Shown: positions 50,801 through 64,000 of the stretch, piece by piece | Layout of the letters: every line of letters starts with the position of its first letter | Numbering within the stretch: the first letter of the stretch is position 1 | Source: Azolla caroliniana | Lineage: Eukaryota > Plantae > Polypodiophyta | Length of the DNA stretch: 64,000 bases | Reading direction: 5' to 3' | NCBI GenBank assembly: GCA_043228905.1 | Contig: JBHGNT010000009.1 | Span: 2,046,001-2,110,000, forward strand | Program-made: the position numbers and the translations under genes | Notes under the pieces: generated by a model | Seen by the model: the letters and a program-made list of their open reading frames with translations, nothing else | Database searches by the model: none | Told to the model about the DNA's origin: nothing

Positions 50801-53114
50801 CAAGTGTTCTACAATATTTGAACTTTGTCACATTATGGTACGTAAAGATTTTTGGGAGATATCCTTAAGTTTCACCTTGGTGAGTTTACAATCAAAGAAA
50901 ACCTTGCCTTTGTTATGATTCACTACCTTGTGATTTGTTTATTGATGCAACTTGGGTGTTAGAACACTCAAACTAGCAAACACAACAATGAGCTCTATTG
51001 CTCGATAGATAGCATTTCGATGCACTCTTATTAGATAAAGATAGCATCGTCTCTTTCTAAAATGAGCCCCCCAGTTTCCCCTTTTGAGCATGCATTTGTC
51101 CTTATCCTTGGATGGTCATTTGGTTTCAACAAAATGTTTATCAACGTATTCACATTCATCCCTTGGTTCATTATTGTGACTTATTCATTGTCATTGATGC
51201 ACAATGCATTGTAACTCATCTTTGCCCTTTTGTCAACTTTAGTAGGTTCAAATGACCTTGTTGTTCTAATGGTTAGATCTTACAATTCGAGTTACATTTG
51301 TTGCTGTCATAATTATTTTGTAGTGGCCACTACAAATAGAATCCTACCTATTGTGAAATCTGACATTTTTGCAACTTTGTCCATTTGCACACACCATATC
51401 ATGTCATCACTTTATCCCCTCACCCTTGCATGCTACTTGACTACTAACATAGTTGACAACAACTACACAAACCAAAGTTGATTATCATGATGATGCCAAC
51501 GCACCATGAACCCATGGTGTCCTTGTAACATCACTAGCACTAACCCCCCTCCCTGTTGCACACATTCCTTATTTCCCCCCATCTTGTACACCTTCATTAC
51601 TACGACCACAATATTAACCCCCACCATCATACATGTCACGAGGTGTTTTATCATAGAGACTCCATGATTGTGTATCCTCTTCTTATGACATATTTGCATT
51701 AACGTGACTCATGTTTTTGACCAAATGATTGCCAACTTCCAACCTAGAGACACATTGTAGCAACATATGGATAGAAAAGGAACAAGCTCTCAAATCACTT
51801 CAACCACCAGTGTGTCGTCACCTTCTTTTGGTAAGTCGACCTATATGAACTATTATTCATTCTCTCCATCTTCTACTAGTACTACTATCCCAAAACACGA
51901 GGTGGATGTACTATTGCACATCATGTTATATGTTTCCAAGATGCAAGCTTAGTTGGATGTTTTACCCCTTACAACTAACAGTTGGGCCGACATCATACGA
52001 ACACCCACTATCAAACCTCCATGTGAATCCCATCTGGGCAATACCTTTCTTTGATGACAAAGAAAATGATCAATAATTCCAATACCCTCCCACATTTGCA
52101 AGCACCCCACCTTCCACCGACTTGCTTGAATTTGGCATGACCCAACTTCCATAATGCTCGATAGGGGTTTGCCTTGCATTTGTTCAATTAATCAACCTTC
52201 CCACAATCTTGACTCTGCTCTCAACTTGTTGCCAATGGACAAAATTAACGCCTCACGAGTCACTCCCCAAATGCCTTATGATCTCAATTCAACTTTAAGG
52301 CATCCTAGTCCCTCTACTTAACTTCCTCCCCACTTTCACTGCAGCTTGATGTCATACCTAGGAGGATTTGCACCCTCAACACTCACTTCCACCTAATACT
52401 ACCCCCTTGCCCTCACTCATCTTGTGCCCCACCTTGCCTCTCACACCCCTAACACACTTGTCCAAACACCCCATCCTCCTAAGAACTCCACCAAACTCAA
52501 GTGACTCTTCTCCCCTTTTGGCAGTTGGGAGATGTTAAGTATGCCAAACATGGCATATTTCATGCTCTAGAAATACACAAGCTTCCAAGAGACAGACACA
52601 ATCTAGAGATGGCTAAATGTTGTAATAGGGTATAGATATGATATCTATAAAAAAATTATACCCTCCCAAATGTGAAAGGACATAGTTATAATTATGTTAA
52701 ATAAGAGATAGCTATAAAGGTGAAACTATAAACTTATAAGAGTCGAATATCATTATAATCCCTAGAGCCCAAGTTTAACAACCCCCCCTCTCTCTTTTCA
52801 AGAATAATAATCAATTTCGAAAATTGGATTACAATCGATGGAATATGATATTGTTGAGAATCAAGCTCAACTTGGTCTAGTGTGTGAACTCACCTTGAGA
52901 GTGAAGAGACACTCCAACGGTCAAGAGTCACCATTATGTCACCACTTTGTATTCTAGCATTTAGTATGACTCATGGAATCATATTCTATGACTAATAACT
53001 TATGAGCTTTCACATTCCCCATGCTCCATGAGGCTTGTAGTTAATGAAGAGAGAGGGTGACTACATAAAGCACCCTCCTCCCACCTGAGTAGTTAATGAA
53101 GAGAGAGGGTAACT

Positions 53115-56064
53115 GAGTCGGTTGGACCAGTCGGATGAAGAGACGGCAAGTGGTGGAGACTCTGCCGTGCTCTCCCCGCGCAAGGCACCGAGGAAACGGT
53201 TCACGCGCAAAGAGAAGGGGAAGAGGAAGATGCCGGAATTTGAAACCGGCAACGATGAGTCGGATCAGTGCGTATCCGACTCCGGAAAGGAGAAAGGCAG
53301 ATCTTCGGCAACGAAGACCGAACTGGCCAAGAAGGGCCTCAAATCAGGTGACGGTGTGTTGCGCCGATCAACCCGTCAGAAGGATCCCGTCATGCGGTAC
53401 GGGTACAATGAATACATGGCGCATCATTATGCGTACATGACTAAGGTAACAGAAGTGCGTGAGCCGGAGAGCTACGCAGAAGCGGCAAAGGACGCAAATT
53501 GGCGTGCCGCTATGGATGAAGAAATGCGGGCACTCGATGCCAACGAAACCTGGGACCTAGTTGATCCTCCCCATCACTGTAAACCGATCGGATGCAAGTG
53601 GGTGTACAAGGTCAAGTACAACGCTGACAGTTCTGTTAACCGGTACAAAGCCCGGTTAGTGGCGAAGGGATACGCGCAGACCCACGGAATTGACTACGAC
53701 GAGACCTTCGCTCCTGTGGCGAAGATGACGACGGTTCGTGTGGTACTGGCGGTTGCTGCGGCAAGGGGGTGGCATCTTCACCAGATGGATGTGAAGAACG
53801 CCTTCCTTCAAGGAGAGCTTGAAGAAGAAGTCTTTATGACTCAGCCCCCCGGATTTCAATCGAAGATGAACGAGTCGGCGGTATGCCGACTGAAGAAGTC
53901 GCTTTACGGCTTGAAGCAAGCCCCCCGAGCCTGGAACGTGAAGATCACGCACCGGTTGCGTAAGCTGGGGTTTGCTGTCTCTAAATCGGACTCTTCGTTG
54001 TTCATTCGGCAAGGCTCTGACGGTCCGGTATGTATACTCTTGTATGTGGATGATTTAGTCATCACCGGACCGGGTCTTCCCGAAATCAACCGCGTCAAGT
54101 CCTAGTTGTCAAACGCATTCGAAATGAAGGACCTGGGGGACCTTCATTATTTTCTTGGGATCGAAGTGATCCGAACCCCCGACGGCATATTGCTCTCACA
54201 ACGACATTACGTGTTGAATATGTTGTATAAGTTCGGCATGACGGATTGCCGACCTGTCTCCACACCCCTGGACCGGAACCAGAAGCTTCGTCCCAACTCC
54301 GGACCGGCCTGCAATGAGAAACGGTTCTGACAGGTTGTCGGAAGCCTGATCTACTTAACCATCACCCGACCCAACATCAGCTATCCGGTCGGCATGGTAA
54401 GCCAGTTCATGCAGAAGCCGACCATGGAGCACCTTCAGTGCGCGCAACGAATATTACGGTATGTCAGCGGCACTAAGGACCGGGGACTGCTATACCGGCG
54501 AGGTATACCCGAAGAGCTTGTCGGTTACACATATGCTGACTGGGCCGGCGATGCGTCTGATCGCCGCTCCACTTCCAGATACATGTTCTCCATAGGTAGC
54601 GCGGCCGTTGCGTGGAGCAGCAAGAAGCAGCCCACAGTGGCTTTGTCAAGCACTGAGGCTGAGTACCGGGCCGCTACCGTTGCCACCTGTGAAGCCATCT
54701 GGCTTCGGCGATTGCTGCGAGACATGCGGATCGAGGTACCGACCCCGATCCCGATTTACTGCGATAACATGAGCAGCCTGCAGCTCGCCAGGAACCCTGT
54801 GTTCCATGCTCGCACAAAGCACATCGAGGTGCACTACCACTTCGTGCGTGAGCGGGTCCTGAACGGTGAAGTTGACCTACGGTATGTTCATATAGATCGG
54901 CAAGTTGCCGACATCTTCACCAAGCCGCTCGGATCGGACAAGTTGCAGCACTTTACCGACATGCTTGGTATTCAGCATCTCGACGTGCCGCACTTGAGGG
55001 GGAGAAGCAAGGGCAAAGTCTCTACCGAAACGGGCAAAGGCCAATAACCTGTTGAACCCGTCGGTAAGAGGAGAGCCGGAAGAAGAGGAGACAAGAAGCT
55101 GAAGGAAGCCGAGTCGACGAAGGAAGTCGACACATCCGAACAGGTCGGAGCAAGTGGCTGTGAAGAAGAGTTGTGCACTCAGGAAGAGAAGCGCATGTTG
55201 TGCGGAGGTCATCACGACGGTACTGACCATGATACAGAGTCGAATGAAGAATTCGATTTCGGTTCACCGGCTGAAGAAGCCGAGGGAAGCATGGAGAAGG
55301 CCAAGACTTGGATGTGGTCCGATGTGGTGAGAGGCCTGAAGCCGGAGGTCGAATCGGAGTGTACCGATTCGGACAAGAGCTGGAACGAGTCGGAGACAGT
55401 TGACTCGGACCAACAGATGGATCCGGATGAGTCGGATCGACTGAAGGCCAAGGGGACACGGACACAGCGGAAGTCGATGCCATCATGGGAGAACCAACGG
55501 ATCGGCAAGCGCCGGAGTCACAGCAACGTGAGTGCTGAGATGGGCCTATTGAGCAGACATGCCGACCGAGAGGGTCGAGGCGCGCAGAACCAAAGGGGTC
55601 GCGGCAAACGGGACCGGACCGGACGAGGAGCGCGAGTAAGGCGAAGTGACGCCAGGAGAAGTCGGTTGGAAGAACCGACTGCCACAGAGGTCGACACTAC
55701 GACCCCACCTCAGGTTGAGCTTGAGGGGGAGTGTTGAGCGGCAAGCTCAACCGGAGCCGGATCGGCTGAATAAGCCGGAGCTGGTGAGTGAAACGGATCG
55801 GTATGACGGTGAGCAACCGAACCGGCAAGCAGTGGAGGCCGGGTGCAATCCGTAACCGGCAGTCCAATCGGAAGCCTAGTACAGATAGACTACTAGGTAG
55901 CTATAGTCTCGTAGTAAGTGTCAGATGCTCGTGTGAGCATTGAAGTACATGGTACTTCTGTCAGTCCCAAGAGGACTTGTATAAATAGTGCTACTTAGCA
56001 CAGTGTGTGTACAGAGTCTTGATATAATTTTGAAATAGCGTTCTGCTCTCTCTGTCTCTCTCTG

Positions 56065-56122
<58 letters not shown>

Positions 56123-56161
56123 GTTCTCTGTTTTACGCTTCCGCAAACACTGACGTTTACA
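53115..56161 (+). mobile_element. 3' half of Ty1/Copia element B (RT, RNaseH, extra tail, PPT, 3' LTR) inserted in the gag of A
   Basis: RT motifs RYKARLVAKG, HQMDVKNAFL, SLYGLKQAPRAW, LLYVDD; RNaseH SSTEAEY, YCDN, RTKHIEVHYHF, ADIFTK; in-frame stops at 54103 and 54328; PPT TTGAGGGGGAG; LTR 55732-56161 (TGTTG...TTACA) followed directly by gag codons KIKELCDSL. Confidence 0.88.
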
Positions 56162-59100
56162 AAGATCAAGGAGCTTTGCGACTCGCTCGGTTCAATAAGC
56201 GTAAGTATAGATGATGATGAAATGGTTCAAATATGCCTCGGCGGCCTCGCACCACGGTTCGGCGCGATGCGAACCACCGTTCTAGCATGGGAGAAATCTC
56301 CCTCCTTCTTCGAGCTCCAATCAATGCTATTGGTCGAAGAAAACCACGTGCGTACGAGGAGCAATGAGTCGGAAGGCCACATGCTTTACACACACTCTAA
56401 TGGAGGAAGAGGATGCGGACGAGCGAGAGGCCGATTCGGCCAAGGACACGGTAGACGAGGTTCGACCTACGACAACAACTCCCAATTTCGGCCGCAAAAC
56501 GGAGGCCAACGAGGAACCTTCGCAAGAAGGGGGAGCTTCCACTCCAGCCCGAGCCGTCAAAACGCAACCGAATGCGGATATTGCAGAAAGCTCGGCCACC
56601 ACGAAGAAGAGTGCCGAAAGAAGATGCGTGAATTGGCTTCCACAAGCCAACAACTCACGAATTACGCACACAATTCCGACTACGAAGAGTATAACGGAAT
56701 GTACGGGAACAACTCCGACTACGAAGATCGTGGCGGAATGTACGCACGCAACTCCGACCATGGCGGAATGTTCATGATGAAACATAGAGCAAACTCTATG
56801 ACAGCCTCTACCTCAACCAGTTCCCTCAATCCGGAGGACGTATGGTTTGTAGACTCCGGAGCCTCAAACCATATGACATCCCATAAAGAATGGTTTCTCG
56901 AACTTCGAGAGCTGGAGCGATCCGGTTATGTCGAAACCGGAGATGACACTACGCACCCGATTCGGCACATCGGCAATGTCCCGTTCGGCGAAAGAGGTAA
57001 GCAAACATACATTAAAAATGTCTTGCATGTTCCCACCATCACAAAGAATTTGGTCTCGGTCGGCCAAATGGTTGAGCAAGGGATGCAAGTATGATTCGAT
57101 CAAGAAGGGTGCTTCATCGAAAAAGAAGGCCGAATCATCGCACACGGAAGAAGAGAGGGCCGGATGTTCATTCTCGATTCGCACGAGATGAAATCCGCCA
57201 TGTTCGCGAAAAGCACGAAAGCCGACTCCGACATAGAGCTATGGCATAAGCGAATCGGCCACATCAATCTCAACAAACTCAAAGCAATGAAATCGAAAGG
57301 AGTCGTCATCGGACTCCCGACATTCAAAGAGAAGAAGGAGATTGAAGGTGTATGCAAAGCGTGCCAATTCGGCAAGCAACACCGACACCCATTTCCGAAG
57401 GAGCGGAATGTGAGCAAAGGCGTACTCGACGTAATTCATTCCGATGTATGGGGTCCGGCTCAAACGGCGACATTCGGCGGATGCCGATATTACGTGCTCT
57501 TCATCGACGACTTTTCTAGGCACACTTGGATCTATCCGATGCAACAAAAGAGCGAAGTGTTCGGACACTTCCAAAAATTCAAGAATGAAGTCGAGAAAGC
57601 CACAGGCCAACATGTACTTTGTCTTTGATCGGATGGCGGCAAGGAGTACTTCTCGGACAATTTCACGGCGTATCTCCGAAAGGAAGGAATTAGGCGAGAA
57701 TTCACTTGCCGACACACTCCGCAACAAAACGAAGTAGCCGAGCGCAAAAATCGGCACATCCTCGAAGTAGCGCAAGCCATGATGAACGAGAAGCATATGC
57801 CCAAGTCATATTGGGCCGAAGCTGCAAATACGGCCGTCTACCTAATGAACCGGTGCACAACATCCGGCGTGCACGAGGTCACTCCGTACGAAAAATACTT
57901 TGGAAAGAAGCCGGACTTATCGCACATCCGGATATTCGGCGCGATAGCGTACATGCACATCCCTGACGAGAAGCGTCAAAAGCTTGACCGGAAGTCGGAG
58001 AAATGTATCCTCCTAGGATACTCACTCGAACAAAAGGGGTACAAGTGCTACAACCCCTCAACTCGAAAATCTCGAGTAAGTCGAGACGTCGTTTTTGACG
58101 AGTTCGCATCCTGGTACGCACCAGAGACAATTTCGCCTCCGACTCCGCTCGACCCGGAATCTGCCGAACAAGAGATCGAGGATGAAGATCGCCCTATGCG
58201 CATGATCGAAGAAAGTCCGATCACGACCCGACTGAGTGAACCACAAGAGCCTTTGAGCGATCAAAGCACATCACGGCCTAGCCCGAAGATGGACAAAGGC
58301 AAGGGGAAAATGGCGGAATATGAAGACGATCGCTTCGATGACGATGAATCGACTCACTCACTCGACAGTAAGTTCGGCGGTTTCGAGGTACCAATCGGAG
58401 CCAAGAAAGCCCTCATCTCTGCAAATGAAAAGCTTTGCCAATCCACTTGTGAAAAGAACCCTGTAAGCCAATTCGGCTACAACGATTATATCGCGTACCA
58501 TACGCCTTTATGATGAAGGTAGCGACAGTACGGAAGCCGCAAAGGACCCGCGATGGATCGAAGCAATGAATGAGGAGATGCATGCACTACAGAAGAACGA
58601 GACATGGGATCTCGTTCCCACCTCACCACACAAAAAGGCGATTGGATGCAGATGGATCTACAAGGTGAAGTATAAGGCTGATGGCTCCGTAAACCGCTAC
58701 AAAGCTCGACTCGTAGCGAAAGGATACGCTCAGACACATGGCGTCAACTACGAAGAGACCTTTGCCCCGGTGGCAAAGATGACAACGGTGCGGACCGTAA
58801 TTGCGATTGCCGCGGCGAAATGGTGGCACCTCCATCAAATGGACGTTAAGAACGCCTTTCTACAAGGAGAATTAGAAGAGGAGGTGTACATGATCCAACC
58901 ACCCGGCATACCCATCAAGGATCTGACTTCCCTTTATTGCGACAACATGAGTAGTATCTATCTGGCTCGGAACCCGGTGTTCCACGCGTGGACAAAGCAC
59001 ATCGAAGTGCACTATCACTTCATCCGAGAGTGCATTCTGGGTGGCGATGTCGACCTACAACACATTAGCACCAATCTTCAAACGGTCGACATCTTCACTA

Positions 59101-59339
59101 AAGCCTTAGGAGCCGACAAGCTATGGCAATTCATGACTGATCTCGGATTGACGATCCCTGACCTGCCAAGCTTGAGGGGGAGTACTGAAGACACTACGCA
59201 AGAACGTGTGGATTCCGCAACCATGCAACGAAGCAGCAAAGAGCCGATCTACCGCGCAAAGCCGCGAAGAAAGACGCAAGCCGAAGCACAAACTTCGCAC
59301 AACGCAAGCTGGAAGCACAGATTCCGCAACTCCGCATAA
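56162..59339 (+). pseudogene. Copia A gag-PR-INT-RT(partial)-RNaseH(partial)
   Basis: Zinc knuckle CGYCRKLGHHEEEC; PR WFVDSGASNHM; GAG-pre-integrase LWHKRIGH..CKAC; INT HSDVWG, IDDFSR, SDGGKEY; RT jumps from YMIQPPG to RNaseH LYCDN at ~58905; several stops. Confidence 0.92.
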
Positions 59340-60341
59340 AGCGAGCCAACGCGAGTCGATGCGGACTCTGGAACTTGAGTTGAAGCAGATTTCGGATACC
59401 GTATGAAACCGACCCGACTTGAGCTTGAGGGGGCGTGTTGAGAATCAAGCTCAACTTGGTCTAGTGTGTGAACTCACCTTGAGAGTGAAGAGACACTCCA
59501 ACAGTCAAGAGTCACCATTATGTCACCACTTTGTATTCTAGCATTTAGTATGACTCATGGAATCATATTCTATGACACATAACTTATGAGCTTTCACATT
59601 CCCCATGCTTCTGTGTTTTACTCCTTGTCTCTCTCACTCTCACTCTCTCTCTCACACATATACACACATAACTCATATCTCTTCCGCTTCACAAGAATCC
59701 ATCTCTTGATTCTTTACAGATATCTTATGGGTTCACCATAAAATCAATCAAAGTTCCCATGACATGTCACATACCTCATCTCTAGTTACATCATCATGGA
59801 CCTATGTAGTATTGTGTGATAAAGGCCAATGCAAATGATGGGCACGATGTCTTGGCAACATAGAAACCCCTAATTCCTCCTTTGACAACCTCCCTAAAGT
59901 TTCAAACAAGGAAAATTGTCATATCAATATGCCTTTCAATCATTGAATGTGTCTTTGAACCCCATACTAAGTGTAAACTACAAAAACATAGTATAAACTT
60001 GAGTAAGACATAGTACCCGACAAAAACATCAAACAATTGTACATACAAGCATCGGTCCTTTGTCTATAGTTGGAGATTAAGGAGATCAGATAAACTACAA
60101 AAGTGTTTATATAGATAGGTAAAAAACCTACAATCTTAAAATATAATAGATTGCCTTGGCACTGCAATTCACTACTCATACATAAATGAACTTAAAACAT
60201 GATTTATTGAAGTGTTTACTTCCAATTGGGATTTCAATGTCCTTATTAAGCATTTGTGAGCCAAGTTGCTCTAATATTCTTCTACGCATAAGCTAAATTT
60301 GCCCCATCAATTCCCCATTTAGGACTTTATAGAGGTTCATC

Positions 60342-60683
60342 TAGGGATCGACAACGGCTTGGCTCAAGCCTAAACCGTTTGGCTTTAAACAGCTTTAAAC
60401 AACTTAGCGGCTCGGCTTGGCTTGAGCCTCCCAAATTGCCTAAGCCATTTAAGTGATTTAATTGTAATAAAATTATGATTTTCAATATAAATTGTAATAA
60501 AATTATGGTATGATGTTGAATATTCATTGTAATAGTATTGTTGTTTTCTCCCTAACCAGTTTAGGGATCAGTTTGGTTTGGTTCAGTTCAGGTTTGAAAA
60601 CCCCTAAATGGTTTAGGCTTAACCAGTTTGCCTTGGATAAGGCCAAACTGGCTAAGGCTAAACCGAACCGTTGCCGATCCCTA
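60342..60683. mobile_element. hAT-like MITE
   Basis: TIRs TAGGGATCGACAACGG / CCGTTGCCGATCCCTA with AAACCG/GGCTT subterminal repeats; no clean 8-bp TSD. Confidence 0.7.
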
Positions 60684-60736
60684 GACCATTCATCCATGCT
60701 CGATGGTAGGATGGGTGACCACACAAACCTACACGG

Positions 60737-60806
60737 TGTCGCGTTGTTACGCGCGTGCGTGGAGAACAAGGCGGGACCACTGGGGTCTTGGACCGAGGAA
60801 TAGGTG

Positions 60807-60877
<71 letters not shown>

Positions 60878-61472
60878 GCTCACTCGCGTATAGACAAAGA
60901 AGCGCACGGGGACGCGCGGCACAACAACACAGGAGACACGAGTTGAGAACACTAGAGTATGTATGTAACAATATGCATGTATTTGTGTGTATGTAGACGA
61001 CTCGAACGGTTACAACCGACCAGGTCGGCGAGGCGGATGCCGATGCCTGATCACCCACGCACACCGGAGAGCAAGATGGAGATTCTACCAGAAGCACACG
61101 GGCGTTCCACGGAGCAGAATCAGCCTCTTGAGAGCCTGCGCAAAAGAAAGCTATGGAGAACGACAGAGAAGAAGAGCTCGGTCCCAGTCCGACAGCACTT
61201 CGTTCCCTCTAGCGCGCGATGTCCCCTCCTCTCCCCCGTCTCCCTCTCTTTTATAGCTCAAGGAGGGAGGCCGTTTCACCCGTTTACATCACATTAACTC
61301 TCTGTCCTTTCGGACAAAGATACTCCTCGATTTACCTTATAGAATATTGCTATCTAGGATCTAACCCTTGCGCCTACCTATCTACTTTACGACAAGGGAC
61401 GTGCCCACGTGTAAGGGCCGGTTCACACACATTATACACGGTTTGCGCCTGGGGACAGTTTTCTTCACGACA
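60737..61472 (-). mobile_element. Solo LTR related to the Gypsy at 16175-22340
   Basis: Same termini (TGTCGCGTTGTTACGC...GGGACAGTTTTCT.CACGACA) and shared internal blocks; perfect 4-bp TSD ACGG (60733-60736, 61473-61476); carries a long (GA)n tract. Confidence 0.92.
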
Positions 61473-62126
61473 ACGGTGCTTATGTTGTATACTTACACAT
61501 ATCCATGTACATATTTTCTATCTCATCTATGTTTTAAGAAGAAGAAAACCAAGATGTGTTGCTTGGCTTACGCGTCAATCGATTCTATATACTAAATGAA
61601 TATTTTCATTGGCTTGCAACATTTGAAGACAATATATTCTAATCTCTCATTGGGTCTCATAGGTCACTTTTTGCAACTTACAAGTTGTTAGTATTTCTTT
61701 CCTTCATATGTAGATCATCAACGGAAATCCTTTTGTAAGAACAATTGAAAGGATGTTGAATATGTTAGGTTGCCAACTTCAAGAGACTCACAAAAGCCGT
61801 AAATCTCCAACTAATGTCTCCTATATATGGTCTATTCACATAAAACAAATGTTTTAGAGTTAGCATGTGAAAATAGATAAAGGCCAAGTCAACATATTTA
61901 GGGGTGAAAGTTATATTCAAACTCTGATTTATGCATTGAAATACCATATGACGAAATAACAATTACCACGTTTATTTTCAACAAACAATGAAAAGCAAGG
62001 AAAACTTCTTCCCTAGTGGTTCAAAGAAGAAAAAGGCAAGGCGTAGAAGAAAAGGGTATCATGTTTGTAAGAGAGATCAAACTGTTCCTTTAAATATCCT
62101 TATGCACTTATTTCTTCCTGCAAAAG

Positions 62127-62556
62127 TAACAATCGGCAACGGTTCGGTTCGATTTGAGAGGGTCCAAACCAAACTGTTTAATTTGTTTGAAACCGGAACC
62201 AAACCAAACCAAACCACGAAACCGTAAAACAGAACTGGTAAACCATTAAACCATAAAAACCGTGGTTTCATGGTTCAATTTCGGTTTTCAACATAGGTCT
62301 ATTTTTTATTTTTTATTTTTAAAAATTTATAATATTTCATTTTTAAATTTTTTTAAAATGTTACTAAAATGTGAGAATAAGGTCTAAAAATGAAAAGATT
62401 GTTTAAAAACAATTTTCTAAAATTTTTAGAATTTTTTAAAAATTAGTTAGATTTGTTTTTAAAAAGAAATTTAAAAAATAAAAAATAAAAAACCATTAAA
62501 CCGCGGTTTTGCGGTTCAATTCGGTTCGGTTCAAACTGAACCGTTGCTGATTGTTA
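62127..62556. mobile_element. hAT-like MITE
   Basis: TIRs TAACAATCGGCAACGGTTC / GAACCGTTGCTGATTGTTA; perfect 8-bp TSD TGCAAAAG (62119-62126, 62557-62564); AAACCG/CGGTT subterminal repeats. Confidence 0.92.
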
Positions 62557-64000
62557 TGCAAAAGAGAGGATCTGCTATATACCCCTAAATGTTTAAAACA
62601 AAAAACTCAAACTTTGGTCAAGAATGTATATCATTATACACGTCAAGAACTTCCATATGTTTGTTACATGATATAAACATTTGGCAAAATTCCAATTTCC
62701 ATTTGACAAGAAATTTTACATTAAAACAATGTAGTCATTACACTCTTGAAATATTAGGTTAAGTGATATCAATTTATATACATCCATCCTTCCCACTACA
62801 TAACAAACTCATCCCCCTACTTTTTAAAATCTCCATTGTATGCTACCTTTTATCAACTTATCTTGAGGTTTTGGATAAGTACATATATTGGCTTTATGGA
62901 AGATATTGTAGGTGAGGGAATACAAAAGAGAGGAAATTAATTTGTTACTTTCTTGCAATGAAGAATGCATTCAATGCAAAAATGAATTTGTGTTATAACA
63001 TAATATGGTTGAAATTTAGATTCTAATGAACATGATAATGGAGTTTGACACAAAGTAGTGTGAATTTGTCAACATCAACAATGTAAGATACACTAATTTA
63101 GTCTCCATTCGATTGCCAAACATTGTAGTAACAATTACCTCACATGGTCCACCACTTCCACACAATCATTGAAGAAAACATGCAACCCTTTTGAGTTCCA
63201 CACACTTCAACAACAAGAATCATTGAGCCACACTTATTTGTGCTATTTATCTATCTATTGTGTGAGTTACTCAAGAGTAAGAACTAAAAGGTTACTACTT
63301 CACCGGCGTACCTAAATTACATTTGCTTCACTCAAAGGATTATTTTTTATGTCACTCTCAATACATGTGTTGTGGAATACATCCAGTCCATCATAGAGTG
63401 TAGATATTCCTCCAACCCACTTCTAGATTTCTATGTGTATCAAATGTTAATATATTGTGAAATCACAATATGATGCCTTAGACTTGTATATGCATATTTG
63501 TGTCTATGTCTATGTGTTATGATGCAGTTAATGACGTAACCATTGCGTCAAGCTAGGAAATTCAATAAACATATTATTGTTGGCACTCTAACCCATACAT
63601 TTCAATGATAAGTTAACTAGAAAACGATAAAGCAATAAGGCACTCTTTGAAATAGATGAAGCATTGAAGTGAGCAAACATTTTAAAAAACAATCACATGG
63701 AAACTATTTCTTACCTTGCCCCATCCAACATGCAAAAAAGCTACATGGTTCATAATAATGGCTTTGTGTGGGTATGCATGTATCATGTATGTATGTATAT
63801 ATATATACATATACATGTATATTTCAATTAGTATTCCTTATCTTGAAAACAATAGACTCTTTGATTAAGACATCATATGCTATTCTTTGCTTTTATGTTA
63901 CTAGTGTGGTTTCTATGGAGGACCCCTTTTATGAGCGATGAATGCAAGTCATACGGATATTACAATCAATGCAAAAACTTGTACATTATCAACTCAAATC

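Larger units (their letters stand above)
52852..59718 (+). mobile_element. Ty1/Copia element A, internally deleted, hosting a nested Copia B
   Basis: LTR 59436-59718 (TGTTG...TTACA) matches 52852-~53024; 5-bp TSD GATAT (52847-52851, 59719-59723); PPT TTGAGGGGGCG; PBS and gag N-terminus absent. Confidence 0.9.

Noticed and set aside
51200-52520. Possible retroelement gag remnant on the minus strand
   Set aside because: Only vague Cys/Gly patterns; no confident motif.
62900-63400. Possible Copia integrase relic (PHT.QQ-like)
   Set aside because: Single weak motif in heavily decayed sequence.

Overview
Repeat-rich eukaryotic nuclear DNA from a land plant; the gene families, TE types and abundant (GA)n/(GT)n/(TGTA)n tracts suggest a fern or other non-seed vascular plant (inference). 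Three host genes are supported: a 2-exon PHD-like zinc-finger gene (minus, 9104-11860), a single-coding-exon SLT1/FYD-like HSP20-domain gene (plus, 38385-39911, long intron- and uORF-containing leader) and an ~11-exon TFIIA large-subunit gene (minus, 41622-47100). The rest is mostly transposable elements: two TRIM-like mini LTR elements with unrelated LTRs but a shared ~46-bp internal array; a fungal-type Ty3/Gypsy element (tRNA-Trp PBS, 4-bp TSD, integrase core deleted) nested in a Copia-like solo LTR, plus a related solo LTR; a nested Copia pair; an L1-like LINE whose RT is replaced by a copy of TFIIA exon 3 with intron flanks; LINE 3' fragments; and Mutator- and hAT-type MITEs. No rRNA, intact tRNA or CRISPR array was found. 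All calls are from reading by eye plus recalled family motifs; no searches were run. I found no single clear-cut new system; the best leads are the TFIIA capture, the TRIM pair, the 4-bp-TSD Gypsy family, the PPT hairpin and the candidate uORF.
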